Positions 8,597-17,598 of a DNA stretch of 64,000 nt are shown piece after piece; the first letter of the stretch is position 1, and each line of letters starts with the position of its first letter. The position numbers and the translations under genes were made by a program. The notes beneath the pieces were generated by a model. The model was given only the letters and a program-made list of their open reading frames with translations, did not search any database and had not been told where the DNA came from. This stretch comes from a virus (taxonomy: Duplodnaviria > Caudoviricetes). The DNA lies in the IMG/VR virus record IMGVR_UViG_2634166338_000002; one strand, 5' to 3'.

Positions 8597-9421
8597 TTAG
8601 GCGACGCTGGCCACTGCCGCGATCATCACGGCGTCAACGTCGGTGGACACCGCCCCGCCGTCGTGGCCGTAGGCGACCAACGTGCGCCCCTCTTTGCGGA
8701 CGCTCACGCCCTTGACCTTCGCCCGCGACAGCGCCTGCCGCGCGGCCTTTGCCGCAGCCGCGATGGGCACACCAGCCGCAACCGTGAGCACGCGCTCACC
8801 CTCACTGGTCACGGCCACGCCACCCGCCGTGGCCTTGCGGGTAGCGGGCTTCACCGCAGCCGGGACGGGCTTCGCCGTCGCGCCCCTGCGGGTGGCGGGC
8901 TTCGCCGTCGCGGTCTTCGCCAGCGTATTCGCCTTAGCGACCGCCGCAGCGACCGCCGCAGCGATGATCTCGGCGTCGACCCCATCCGCGACTAGTGCCG
9001 CCGTAATCGTCTCCGCCAGCGTCGCGCCGGTGACGGGCTGCACCGCAGCCGGGGCGGGCTTCGCGGCCGCCCTGCGGGTGGCGGGATTCGCCGCAGCCGT
9101 CGCACCCTTGCGGGTGGCGGGCTTCGCGATCGCGGGCTTCGCCGCCGCGCCCGTCAAGTCGATCACGTCGACGCCGTGCTCAGCGAGCGTCATGATCACG
9201 TCATCGGCCGTGAACGCGCTGTCGGTGGTGGGCACCCAACCGCCGTTGTCGCGGTCCCACTCCCAACCGAAGCCGTGGCGGTTCATGAGCCGACGTGCCT
9301 GCCCGGGCTTCCCGTCCTCGCGGAGCCCATCGATCATCCACGGGAGGCCGGTCAGGATGGGCTGGCCGTCCGCTCGCAGGGCGAGGGTCGTGATCTTCGC
9401 GGTGGTGGTGGTTGCAGCCAT
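8597..9421 (-). CDS. Ala/Lys-rich histone H1-like repeat protein with C-terminal domain shared with the DnaN extension
   Basis: GGGAGG RBS, ATG at 9421; repeats of AKPATRKGATA; C-terminal GERV...AG...AK..GV module. Confidence 0.8.
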   Translation of the reverse strand: MAATTTTAKITTLALRADGQPILTGLPWMIDGLREDGKPGQARRLMNRHGFGWEWDRDNGGWVPTTDSAFTADDVIMTLAEHGVDVIDLTGAAAKPAIAKPATRKGATAAANPATRRAAAKPAPAAVQPVTGATLAETITAALVADGVDAEIIAAAVAAAVAKANTLAKTATAKPATRRGATAKPVPAAVKPATRKATAGGVAVTSEGERVLTVAAGVPIAAAAKAARQALSRAKVKGVSVRKEGRTLVAYGHDGGAVSTDVDAVMIAAVASVA

Positions 9422-9445
9422 GGTGCGCCTCCCTGGCGGGTGTGC

Positions 9446-9511
9446 TGTCCAGACGTTCCGGACAGCGACGTTGCGGCCCAGACATTCCCCAGAGAGACCC
9501 AATTCTGTCAA
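9446..9511 (-). promoter_or_regulatory. Leftward promoter TTGACA-N18-GAATGT with operator copy (9446-9464)
   Basis: TTGACA at 9511-9506; operator lies between the promoter and the RBS. Confidence 0.6.
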
Positions 9512-9806
9512 GCCCTAGGCGGCTAATTTGTGACTCACGACACAACAAAATGCGGGCAAAGGTGTACCAAAGGTGAGGCTCGCGTATAGGCCTACGCGTA
9601 CGTAGGGGCGGGGGTGCCCCTGCCCCCGCGTGTACGGGTGCCGCCCGGAAGGTTCGGCATCCCGCCGTCCGGACGGGATAGAAAACTTTGAGACCCGAAA
9701 TTTTCGGGGTCAACGTGTCGCCCCGGTGGCGATCGCTAAGCGGAGACGGTTCGGGCCGGGCATTTTTCGTTCGCGGACGCTCGTCCTAGAGTGCTCCAAT
9801 AGCGGT

Positions 9807-11501
9807 GTGAACCTTGACCTTGGTGGCGAGCAGCGGTCGGAAGAGCCTGGCGGTCAGGCCGATCGACGAGAAACTGACGTTGACTTCCCGCTTCTGATTC
9901 ATGTGCTCGGCGAGCCCTTCGTCAAGTGGATCCTGGTGGCACCGTTTGAGTTGCCCTCGCCGGGACAGCTTGAGGTGGCGGCAGCACTGACGCGCTTCGT
10001 TCGTGAAGGCAGTGCTGATCATTCCGGCCGGTCGGCAGACCTCGTGGGTATGCGTCTGTCGTTCTACGTGCCTGCGTGGAACGCGACGTTCGTCGAGGGC
10101 TTGCGTCAGCGTGCTGGCGGACAGCCGGCTGAGGCTGAGGCTTCCGAGGACGATCTGCAGAATGCTGTCGTCGACCTGGCGGCGCAGAGTTATGGGCAAC
10201 TGCTTCTGCCTGCAGGGTTCACCGGTCCTTCGCTGTCTGCCAACCTGATGTCGCCGGCTGGTGCTCGGGTCGTGGCCGCGGTCCGGGCCGACGGCATCTT
10301 TCCCGGCGCTGACGACGACTGGGGGTCGGAGTCAATAGTCCTCGGAACAACTCTGGGGACCGCGCAGGGGCAACAGGCTGCCATCTTCGGTAACCACGTT
10401 CTGCTGGCGGCTTGGGATGCGGTGAGGCTCCGGGTTGAGGGCCCGACTTTAGAAGAGTATCTATCCGCAGTGCGGCAGATGCTGACTCAAACCCGTGCAC
10501 TCTTGCGTGGGGAGGAGGTGCTCGTCCCGTCCCTTGTGGGTTTCACCGGCATCGTCGTTGATCAGGATGTCGAGGTTGTCGGATCTTGGGGCCGACTCCG
10601 CTCCGCTCGTCCGAGCGACCTCCCCTCTTTCGCGAGCAGCATGTCCGAGCGGCGCATCAACACGACTACCGAAACGGGTGAGCACATCGAGATCACCGAC
10701 GCCGGTGATGTCGTCCTGGAGACCCGCATCCCTTACCGAGTTCGAATCCAGTCCCCTGACGAAATGATCATGGAGGGAACGACCACGGTCGGCCTGGAGG
10801 CATTAGTTGAGCAGGCCCGAATCTGCTTGGCGTTGTCCTGGGATGGGGATCAGATACCCGTCGTGTTGCCGACCTGGCGCCGCACGATCTCCTTCATGAC
10901 CTCGAGTATCGGCTACTGGACCGATCCGCAGCACTCGGCACCAAGACATCCCACCAAGGCAACGCGGGCCCAGATGGATGCATGGGGCTCCTGGCTCGGC
11001 ACTGTGGACACGGAAGCGTTGTCTCATGTCAGGCTTGCCGCAACCAGGACGTTACGCGCACTAACTGAACGACGTGTTCAGGACGACATGCTGATCGATG
11101 CAGTGATCGCCTGGGAATCGCTGTTCGGAGCCAAGACCGAGAGCACTCTTCGCGTATCCGGCGCCCTGGCCTGTCTTCTCTACCCGCCGGGGGCAGACAG
11201 AGAAGCCGCCCAGAAGAGATACAGCAAGATCTACAACTCGCGGAGCGAGATCGTACATGCGAGTCTTACCAAGAAGACGACGCCGGAGGTCATCGCTGAG
11301 AACGCCCGAGAGGCGGCCCAGGTTGCCATCCGGGCACTACGGGCGATCCTTGACACTCGACGCGACCTGATCACCCTCGACAGCGCCAGTCGCGGTCTTC
11401 AGCTACTGCTTGAGGGCTCTTTTCCGCAAGCGGCGGACGCCGAGACTCTGACGTCCGAAGCCGCCTCCGGCGATGGCTCCGCGATTGATGCCAACGGGTG
11501 A
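9807..11501 (+). CDS. HEPN-domain protein (ApeA-like), putative defence RNase
   Basis: C-terminal LIDAVIAWESLFG...IYNSRSEIVH with RxxxxH motif. Start uncertain (frame open from 9630). Confidence 0.75.
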   Translation: MNLDLGGEQRSEEPGGQADRRETDVDFPLLIHVLGEPFVKWILVAPFELPSPGQLEVAAALTRFVREGSADHSGRSADLVGMRLSFYVPAWNATFVEGLRQRAGGQPAEAEASEDDLQNAVVDLAAQSYGQLLLPAGFTGPSLSANLMSPAGARVVAAVRADGIFPGADDDWGSESIVLGTTLGTAQGQQAAIFGNHVLLAAWDAVRLRVEGPTLEEYLSAVRQMLTQTRALLRGEEVLVPSLVGFTGIVVDQDVEVVGSWGRLRSARPSDLPSFASSMSERRINTTTETGEHIEITDAGDVVLETRIPYRVRIQSPDEMIMEGTTTVGLEALVEQARICLALSWDGDQIPVVLPTWRRTISFMTSSIGYWTDPQHSAPRHPTKATRAQMDAWGSWLGTVDTEALSHVRLAATRTLRALTERRVQDDMLIDAVIAWESLFGAKTESTLRVSGALACLLYPPGADREAAQKRYSKIYNSRSEIVHASLTKKTTPEVIAENAREAAQVAIRALRAILDTRRDLITLDSASRGLQLLLEGSFPQAADAETLTSEAASGDGSAIDANG

Positions 11502-11630
11502 ATGTTTTCCGACCGCCATCGCTCCGCTTCGCTGCTGACCGACAGGCGGAGCGAGACTGAGATCGTGCCGGTCCCGGCTGCTGCACGGCCGACGTGGCGC
11601 CGGAGTCGACTGATGGCAGAGGATGGTCGG

Positions 11631-12110
11631 ATGACTCCCAGGATGATCTTCGCAGGAATAGCCATTTGTGCTCTGGTGGCCGGCTGCGGCGGTCAGACCG
11701 ACGCCGCCGATGGCACACGCTCTGCCGCTGCGGGCGAGACTTCGGTTCCGGCGGCCGGTACTGCCGCCAGTTCCGACACGGCATCACCCACTGCCGTCGC
11801 CGTCGATGCGCAGAACGAGTTGAAGGCCGCGGTTCAGGCTTACAGCGACGCCTTTCTTACCGGCGACCCGAAGGCGGCCTACGAACTGCTGTCGCAGCGG
11901 TGTCGGAAGCGGCACTCGCTGGCCGAGTTCACCTCCATCGTCAGCGCGGCCGAGCAGATGTACGGCAGTGCGCTGCCGATTGAGACCTTCTCGGCGCAGG
12001 TGTCGGGAGATCTGGCCAGAGTGACGTATACCTACTCGGTCAAGGCGATCAATCAAGATTCTGAGCCCTGGGCCCGCGAGCAGGAGAGTTGGCGCCAGGA
12101 CGATTGCTGA
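11631..12110 (+). CDS. Lipoprotein with NTF2-like domain
   Basis: Signal peptide with LVAGC lipobox; AV.AY..AF..GD...AYELLS pattern. Confidence 0.75.
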   Translation: MTPRMIFAGIAICALVAGCGGQTDAADGTRSAAAGETSVPAAGTAASSDTASPTAVAVDAQNELKAAVQAYSDAFLTGDPKAAYELLSQRCRKRHSLAEFTSIVSAAEQMYGSALPIETFSAQVSGDLARVTYTYSVKAINQDSEPWAREQESWRQDDC

Positions 12111-12243
12111 TCGCCTGAGGTCGGACGACACCTTCCTCGCCAAGCCGTTCACCGCTGACGAACTGGCCGGCACGATCCGCACCCTCCCCGCCGCTGGCGC
12201 TCGCCGGCACCTCACGCGATGGCGGTACCCGGCGGTCTGTGCG

Positions 12244-12432
12244 TCAAGCGATCAGGGCCGCCACCGCGACCGCGAGGCCTAGAGCCGCACCAGAGGCTGA
12301 ACCGCCGACCAACACCGCGCGGGCCAAGCGGGAATCGTCCAGCCACGACAACCAGCCAGCGACAGCGCCGACTACCACCGCTGCAAGCACCGCCACCGCA
12401 ACGTACAACCCGACAACCGTGAGCTTGTCCAC
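12244..12432 (-). CDS. Small two-TM membrane protein
   Basis: Two hydrophobic segments; GTG at 12432. Confidence 0.5.
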   Translation of the reverse strand: MDKLTVVGLYVAVAVLAAVVVGAVAGWLSWLDDSRLARAVLVGGSASGAALGLAVAVAALIA

Positions 12433-12668
12433 CGAGGATCGTCCTCTTTCGTTTGCCCGTCGGCCCGGCATCGCGCCGGGCCTGTTCCCTACGGGCATGG
12501 CCAAAGGCTCCAGTACCGCCAGCCCCAGAACAAACGGCCTTCTGACCGATCAGCCGCGCCTCGGACTCGTGAAGCCGCAGGTCACAGGACTGGCCATTCT
12601 CTCCGACGCAGCCTTTACAGCCACGAACTTCTTGGTGCGGCTGATCGGTCACGATAACTTCTTCACCC

Positions 12669-13655
12669 GTGAACATCCGTGATCGGAAACGCCATCGCGC
12701 CCGCGCCACCACGCTGCTCACCCACGCGAAGGCGTACGACCACGCGCAGGCCCGACTGCACCAGATCCACCACGCCGGCGGGCAAACGCCCCAGCGCTAC
12801 CTGATCCGCCGAGCCCTCGTCCGGGCCCGCACCCCAGCTGCGGACCGACCTGTGGTGGCCTCACCGGCCGCGGCACTCGCCCCGATGAAAGGCTGGGCCC
12901 TGCACCTGTACCTGATCGCGATCTTCGAGGCACAAGCCCGGCTCACACCCGCCTTCGCCGTCAACAACGACAGACCGCTGCTGTACGGCACCCGCCAGGC
13001 GGCCGCCTGGGTCGACCTGCTCCCCACCATCACCGACACCGTCCCCCGTTCGGCAGGAATGCGACGCCAACTCGTCCGTGCCCTGGCCTTGCTCCACCGC
13101 GAACACCTGGTCGGCCTCCGCAGCCGCATCGGCGCACGAGGCAGGTACGAACGCTTCGAGCTTCGCCATGAGGACGGTGAATCTTGGTCGCCCGTCTACA
13201 CCATCCCGCGAGGCGACTCCACCAGCGCCAGCGAGCCGCTCTGGATCCGGCCACCAGGACCCGTCGCCGGACGCACCGCGGTCGTCGCGCTTCCCGCCAC
13301 CTTCTTCCTCAACGGGTGGGCGCACGTGCTGTCCGCCGCGGAGATCACCACCTACCTGATGCTCTGCGATCTTGAAGCCCGCTACCCGCAAGCTCGTGCC
13401 GGCGGGGTGTACCTGACCGATCCCCAGCGAGAGGCCTGGTATGGCATCCACCGCGACGTGTACGCCACCCACCGGCAACTATCCGCATTCGGGCTCATCG
13501 AACGCCTCGACGACCCGGACCGGCGCCCGGACGGAACGATCACCCGCGGAGCCGGCCAGCAGATGCGGCAACCATATCGATTCCGAACACTGCCCCAGGG
13601 CTTCAGCCAACCGGCACGAATCACCGTGGCCCACCACCTCACCGAACACCAATGA
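12669..13655 (+). CDS. Hypothetical protein, possibly frameshifted at its 5' end
   Basis: 328-aa ORF; the upstream frame from ATG at 12497 joins it if one C at 12666-12668 is removed. Confidence 0.65.
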   Translation: MNIRDRKRHRARATTLLTHAKAYDHAQARLHQIHHAGGQTPQRYLIRRALVRARTPAADRPVVASPAAALAPMKGWALHLYLIAIFEAQARLTPAFAVNNDRPLLYGTRQAAAWVDLLPTITDTVPRSAGMRRQLVRALALLHREHLVGLRSRIGARGRYERFELRHEDGESWSPVYTIPRGDSTSASEPLWIRPPGPVAGRTAVVALPATFFLNGWAHVLSAAEITTYLMLCDLEARYPQARAGGVYLTDPQREAWYGIHRDVYATHRQLSAFGLIERLDDPDRRPDGTITRGAGQQMRQPYRFRTLPQGFSQPARITVAHHLTEHQ

Positions 13656-13879
13656 CAGACGCCTGGACTGCTGGTACGGAACTCAAAAACGATGCTGACG
13701 TTGACGGCCGGTTCGGGTGGGTCCTTCCGCTTGAGTGCGGTGGCCGTGTTTCGATCCTCATGCCCGGGTCTGATCTTGCGGCGATCCGGGACGATCCCTC
13801 CGCGCTGACATACTGCGTCCGGGTCCGTGGGTGCTGGTGGTGGTGGCGTGATGCCATCGGCATGGCTATTCCGCTCTAG
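13652..13879 (+). CDS. Small hypothetical protein
   Basis: ATGA overlap with the previous stop; protein-like composition. Confidence 0.55.
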   Translation: MTDAWTAGTELKNDADVDGRFGWVLPLECGGRVSILMPGSDLAAIRDDPSALTYCVRVRGCWWWWRDAIGMAIPL

Positions 13880-14242
13880 CCTGGCCGATGGGAACCAAAG
13901 TGTTAGCGGTTCCTGAGGCAACTCGATGCGGCGGGTGGTGCGTGGTCGGCGGCCCATGGCGTCTCGGAAATCTTCGAGGTCAGAGTGATCAGGTGCCCAA
14001 CGCTCTCATGAAGGCCCAGATCTTGCTAAACGGATTAATGCAAATATTGCTGTTGGGCCTCGCACTAGACGCTTTAACCAGCAATTAGATAACACGGTCG
14101 ACGAAACCTGTATACCCACTAGAGTTCCCGCCAGGACCTGCGGCTAACAGGTGTACTCATGTTGCCCGCTGGCTGGCTCGTGAGTGCGGCCGAAAGGGCG
14201 ACCGTCCGATCGGCGACGACTGCAAGCAATCGGAGGTAATCG

Positions 14243-15088
14243 GTGTCGCGATCGAACCAGGCCACGTGGCGATGTGCTTTCTGCGGCAATCCGGGTTCCA
14301 AGTCGGCTGAGCATGTCCTGCCGCAATGGCTGCGGGCCGGTACGGCGCCGTTGCCCATGCAGCGCACCTCCTATTGGACCGGATTCGGGTTACGAGACGA
14401 CAAACAGGCTTACGCAAGCGTGGACCCGGCGGTTCGGGAATCGCGGAACTCCATGCTCCACCAGACCACGCGCGCTGTCTGCGTGAGCTGCAACAACGGT
14501 TGGATGAGCCGCCTCGAAACGAAGGTGAAGCCCATCATGGAGTCGCTGTTTCACTCGCGACGAACCGGCAACACGTTGACCCTACCGCCGGCCGAAGCCT
14601 CGACTCTTGCTCGCTGGGCAGTAAAGACGTCCTGGACAGCAGAGCTGTCTGGTCTGGGCAATCAGAACCAAGATCAGACCTGGCTCTCTCCGCACGCTTT
14701 GAAGCAGTTCGCCTCGCGCGATGTGCCGCCAACTGTGTCCTGGGTCTGGCTCGCCTCTCATCAGGATCTCGACCGGGTCGAGCAGATGCAGGCCCATGTC
14801 GCGATTGACCGGACCAGCCCGCCTGCTCCCGGAGAGGCTGCTCGGCGTCTGCATGCCAGTGCCCTGGTCATCAACGGCATCGTCCTGGTCGTCTACAACT
14901 TCGAAAGCCGCGAGCACTTCCCGCCACCGTTCCGCCCCATGCACGGACTGCGGCTCTGGCCCCGTCCCACAGCGGTGGAGTTTCCGCCCCCTGAGGTAAG
15001 CCATCAGGAGGTCACCGGAGCGATCGCGCACTACGGGCACTGGTTTCCGCTGCACAACCGCGCTTTCGACCACAGCACGCGCATCTGA
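14243..15088 (+). CDS. HNH-like Zn-finger nuclease domain protein
   Basis: CAFC...EHVLPQW...VCVSCNNGWM; GGAGG RBS. Confidence 0.7.
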   Translation: MSRSNQATWRCAFCGNPGSKSAEHVLPQWLRAGTAPLPMQRTSYWTGFGLRDDKQAYASVDPAVRESRNSMLHQTTRAVCVSCNNGWMSRLETKVKPIMESLFHSRRTGNTLTLPPAEASTLARWAVKTSWTAELSGLGNQNQDQTWLSPHALKQFASRDVPPTVSWVWLASHQDLDRVEQMQAHVAIDRTSPPAPGEAARRLHASALVINGIVLVVYNFESREHFPPPFRPMHGLRLWPRPTAVEFPPPEVSHQEVTGAIAHYGHWFPLHNRAFDHSTRI

Positions 15089-15150
15089 TCGACGGAGCCG
15101 TCGCGGTTCACCCCCGGCCGGCGCCAGATGGTGCACTAGGCTGCCCGGCC

Positions 15151-15735
15151 ATGACCTCCGCGTTGGCCGTCGCCGCGTTGTTTATCAGTCTCGTGGCTTT
15201 GGCGGTTGCATGGTGGAACGGCAACTCCGCCCGCCGGTCGGCAGACGCCGCCGAGGGGGCACAGCAGGCCGCAGATCGATCTGCCGACGCCGCGAAGGAC
15301 TCTGCCGAAGCAGCGCGGCAGGTCGCCTCGGCGGAACTCGAACGCGATCACGAGTCGTACCGCCCCGACCTTAGTCAGGCGAAGTTCGCCTATCCGCGTA
15401 GTCGGCCGAAGCCGCCTTTCGAGTACACCTTCGTGCCGTCACGGCGCTACCGGCTGCGGGCGTACGCCGGGAAGGCGGGGGAGCCCATGCGTGACCTGAC
15501 CGATGGCAACTTCCGAGCCATCACCTCGGGTGTTTCGGTATCGATCGCGGCTGCCGAGGCCGGAGCCGAGGCGCATCCGGATTTTCTCCTTCTGCAGTTT
15601 TGGCCGCCCGCGCCCGCAGCCGGGGAGGAAGTGTGGATGTGCCCGTGCGGCCGGCCGACTGAGCCGTCGGAGCAACCGCATTGGGATATGCGCGTTGAGG
15701 TGCCGCGGAAGCGGGGCAAGGTGGTGGTGTTCTGA
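15151..15735 (+). CDS. Membrane-anchored hypothetical protein
   Basis: N-terminal TM helix followed by SA..AA repeats. Confidence 0.65.
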   Translation: MTSALAVAALFISLVALAVAWWNGNSARRSADAAEGAQQAADRSADAAKDSAEAARQVASAELERDHESYRPDLSQAKFAYPRSRPKPPFEYTFVPSRRYRLRAYAGKAGEPMRDLTDGNFRAITSGVSVSIAAAEAGAEAHPDFLLLQFWPPAPAAGEEVWMCPCGRPTEPSEQPHWDMRVEVPRKRGKVVVF

Positions 15736-15815
15736 TGTCCTCTGCGGCAGTAATCACCTCCCATCTCTTACTAGTTAAGCCGTGGAGCGCCCGACGAGTT
15801 GGGCATCACGGTTCG

Positions 15816-16349
15816 CTACCGGCCGGGCGGAGTGAGCCTGGACTGCTGATCCGGAGCCTGCGGGTCGATCACGGTCAACCCGACCTGGGCGAAGCCCTCG
15901 ACACTCGCTTCGGAGTCCTCGTCGGTCCACCAGCGGGCGATGGCGTCGCGCAGCGCATGGTCGGCGACCGGAGAGAGTCGGCCGACGTACTCAAGGAGTT
16001 CTTTCTCGTCGACGTCCCACTTGCGGCCGTACGACGCGAGGTCGGGCACGGGGGTGTCGCGGGCGATCGTGAACCCGTCGGCCAGGGACATATACACCGT
16101 GCCACCGAGTGTCGCGTCGATCGCCGTGCCGGTGAGGACGTCGGCGATGCAGGACGCCTGCGCGACGGTGAGCCGGATCCGGCGTAGCTCCAGGGCCAGC
16201 GCGGAGCGCCAAAGGCCTAACTCAATCACTGCTTGCTGGTGGTGACTGGGTGTGAACATGCGTTCGGTCCGGCCTTTGAGCCAGGCCGCGGTTTCAGGGT
16301 TGCTGATACGTGCCTGGATGCGGTTGTCAGGCTGCTTGTCGTCGACCAT
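15816..16349 (-). CDS. Hypothetical protein, possible DNA-binding regulator
   Basis: AAAGGA RBS; 177-aa ORF downstream of 16428-17198. Confidence 0.7.
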   Translation of the reverse strand: MVDDKQPDNRIQARISNPETAAWLKGRTERMFTPSHHQQAVIELGLWRSALALELRRIRLTVAQASCIADVLTGTAIDATLGGTVYMSLADGFTIARDTPVPDLASYGRKWDVDEKELLEYVGRLSPVADHALRDAIARWWTDEDSEASVEGFAQVGLTVIDPQAPDQQSRLTPPGR

Positions 16350-16427
16350 CTCAGTCAGTTCCTTTCAGGCCGTTAAATCGTTTAGGCAACGGGTCTCGGG
16401 TGCGAGCATTCGGGAGCGGACGGCGAG

Positions 16428-17198
16428 TCAGTCGCCGGTTCCCCAGACTCCGCTGCGGCCGTGAGCGTAGGCGCGCTGCTGGAGAAAACGGACCGGGTGG
16501 TCGAGCCGGAGCGCGCGGTGGGTGCGGCCGTCGTCAGGATGGTGGGTGAGCAGCCGATTTGTGGCGTCCCAGTGGTGGGAGGTGACCCGTCGTCCGTCGG
16601 GGTCTTTGCGCCAGTCGTCGCCGAGCCATCCGGTCGGTGCGTCGTGTGCCCGGCTGGTGGCGATGGCGTAGATGTCGCCCTGCCGGTCGATCTGTTTGCC
16701 GGCGGCGAGTGCTTTGGTGACGGCGGCGGGCGTGAGCCAGGTGAGTGCGGCGGTCACGGTGGTGACGGTTCCGGGTAGACGGACGGCCCAGTCGCCGGCG
16801 TCGTCGTGTCCACACAGGTACGACAAGCTAGCGCGGCGGGAGCCGTAGGCGCGACTGTAGTAGCGCCAGCCCTCGACGTGCAGCACGACCAGGCCGGCCT
16901 CACGGTCGACGAGTCGCAGCGGCAAGGTGCGCAGCGCTGACGCCTTCTCGCCGGACTCGATGCCAGTCTCGCCACCGCGGCGCGCGATCTCTGCGGTGCA
17001 CCGGACGGTCAGTGCTGAGACTAGGCGGGAGGCGAGATCCGACGGCGGTGAGGCCACCTGCCGCGCCGTTGCCCGAGCCCGGCGGAGCTTTGCGATGGCG
17101 GTCTTCGATCGCGCACCGGGAAGATTGGATGCGCGAAGCGCGTCGGCGAGCGCGGCCGGCGAGTCAATCACTGCGGGACTCAGAACAGTGGTGGACAC
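16428..17198 (-). CDS. Hypothetical phage-type protein
   Basis: GGAGAGG RBS before GTG at 17198; RQGD motif. Confidence 0.7.
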   Translation of the reverse strand: MSTTVLSPAVIDSPAALADALRASNLPGARSKTAIAKLRRARATARQVASPPSDLASRLVSALTVRCTAEIARRGGETGIESGEKASALRTLPLRLVDREAGLVVLHVEGWRYYSRAYGSRRASLSYLCGHDDAGDWAVRLPGTVTTVTAALTWLTPAAVTKALAAGKQIDRQGDIYAIATSRAHDAPTGWLGDDWRKDPDGRRVTSHHWDATNRLLTHHPDDGRTHRALRLDHPVRFLQQRAYAHGRSGVWGTGD

Positions 17199-17262
17199 GG
17201 TCCTCTCCAGCTTCATCAGGAGGTTCTTGAGGTTGCGCGATCGGAGGGGATCAAGCAACACC

Positions 17263-17293
17263 ATCGTATGACATAAGTCTACATTCGTCTACA
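17263..17293 (-). promoter_or_regulatory. Promoter TAGACG-N17-TACGAT overlapped by a TGTAGAC direct repeat
   Basis: GTCTACA at 17277-17283 and 17287-17293. Confidence 0.55.
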
Positions 17294-17598
17294 GCTGTAC
17301 TCGACTGGAGGGCGTGGCGGCGCTGATCGGCACGACGTACCGCGATGAGGTTGAGCGTGCTGATCCCCAACCGCGTGGGGCGGCGCGGATGCGAGTCGGG
17401 CGGTCGCCCCGCGGAGGGCTTTTGCGGAGGTCGTGCGATGTACGTCGGCGCCCCGGCTGGCGCTGGCCGGCGTGGGCTTATGTCGGGTGCCGTGGAGGTC
17501 GAGGGGGATGACCGGGCGCCGCTCCCACGTCAGAGCTCGTAGCTCGGGATTTACTCAGGCGTCTCCGGTCACCCTCCTCGGCCTCCGCAGTGATCCTG

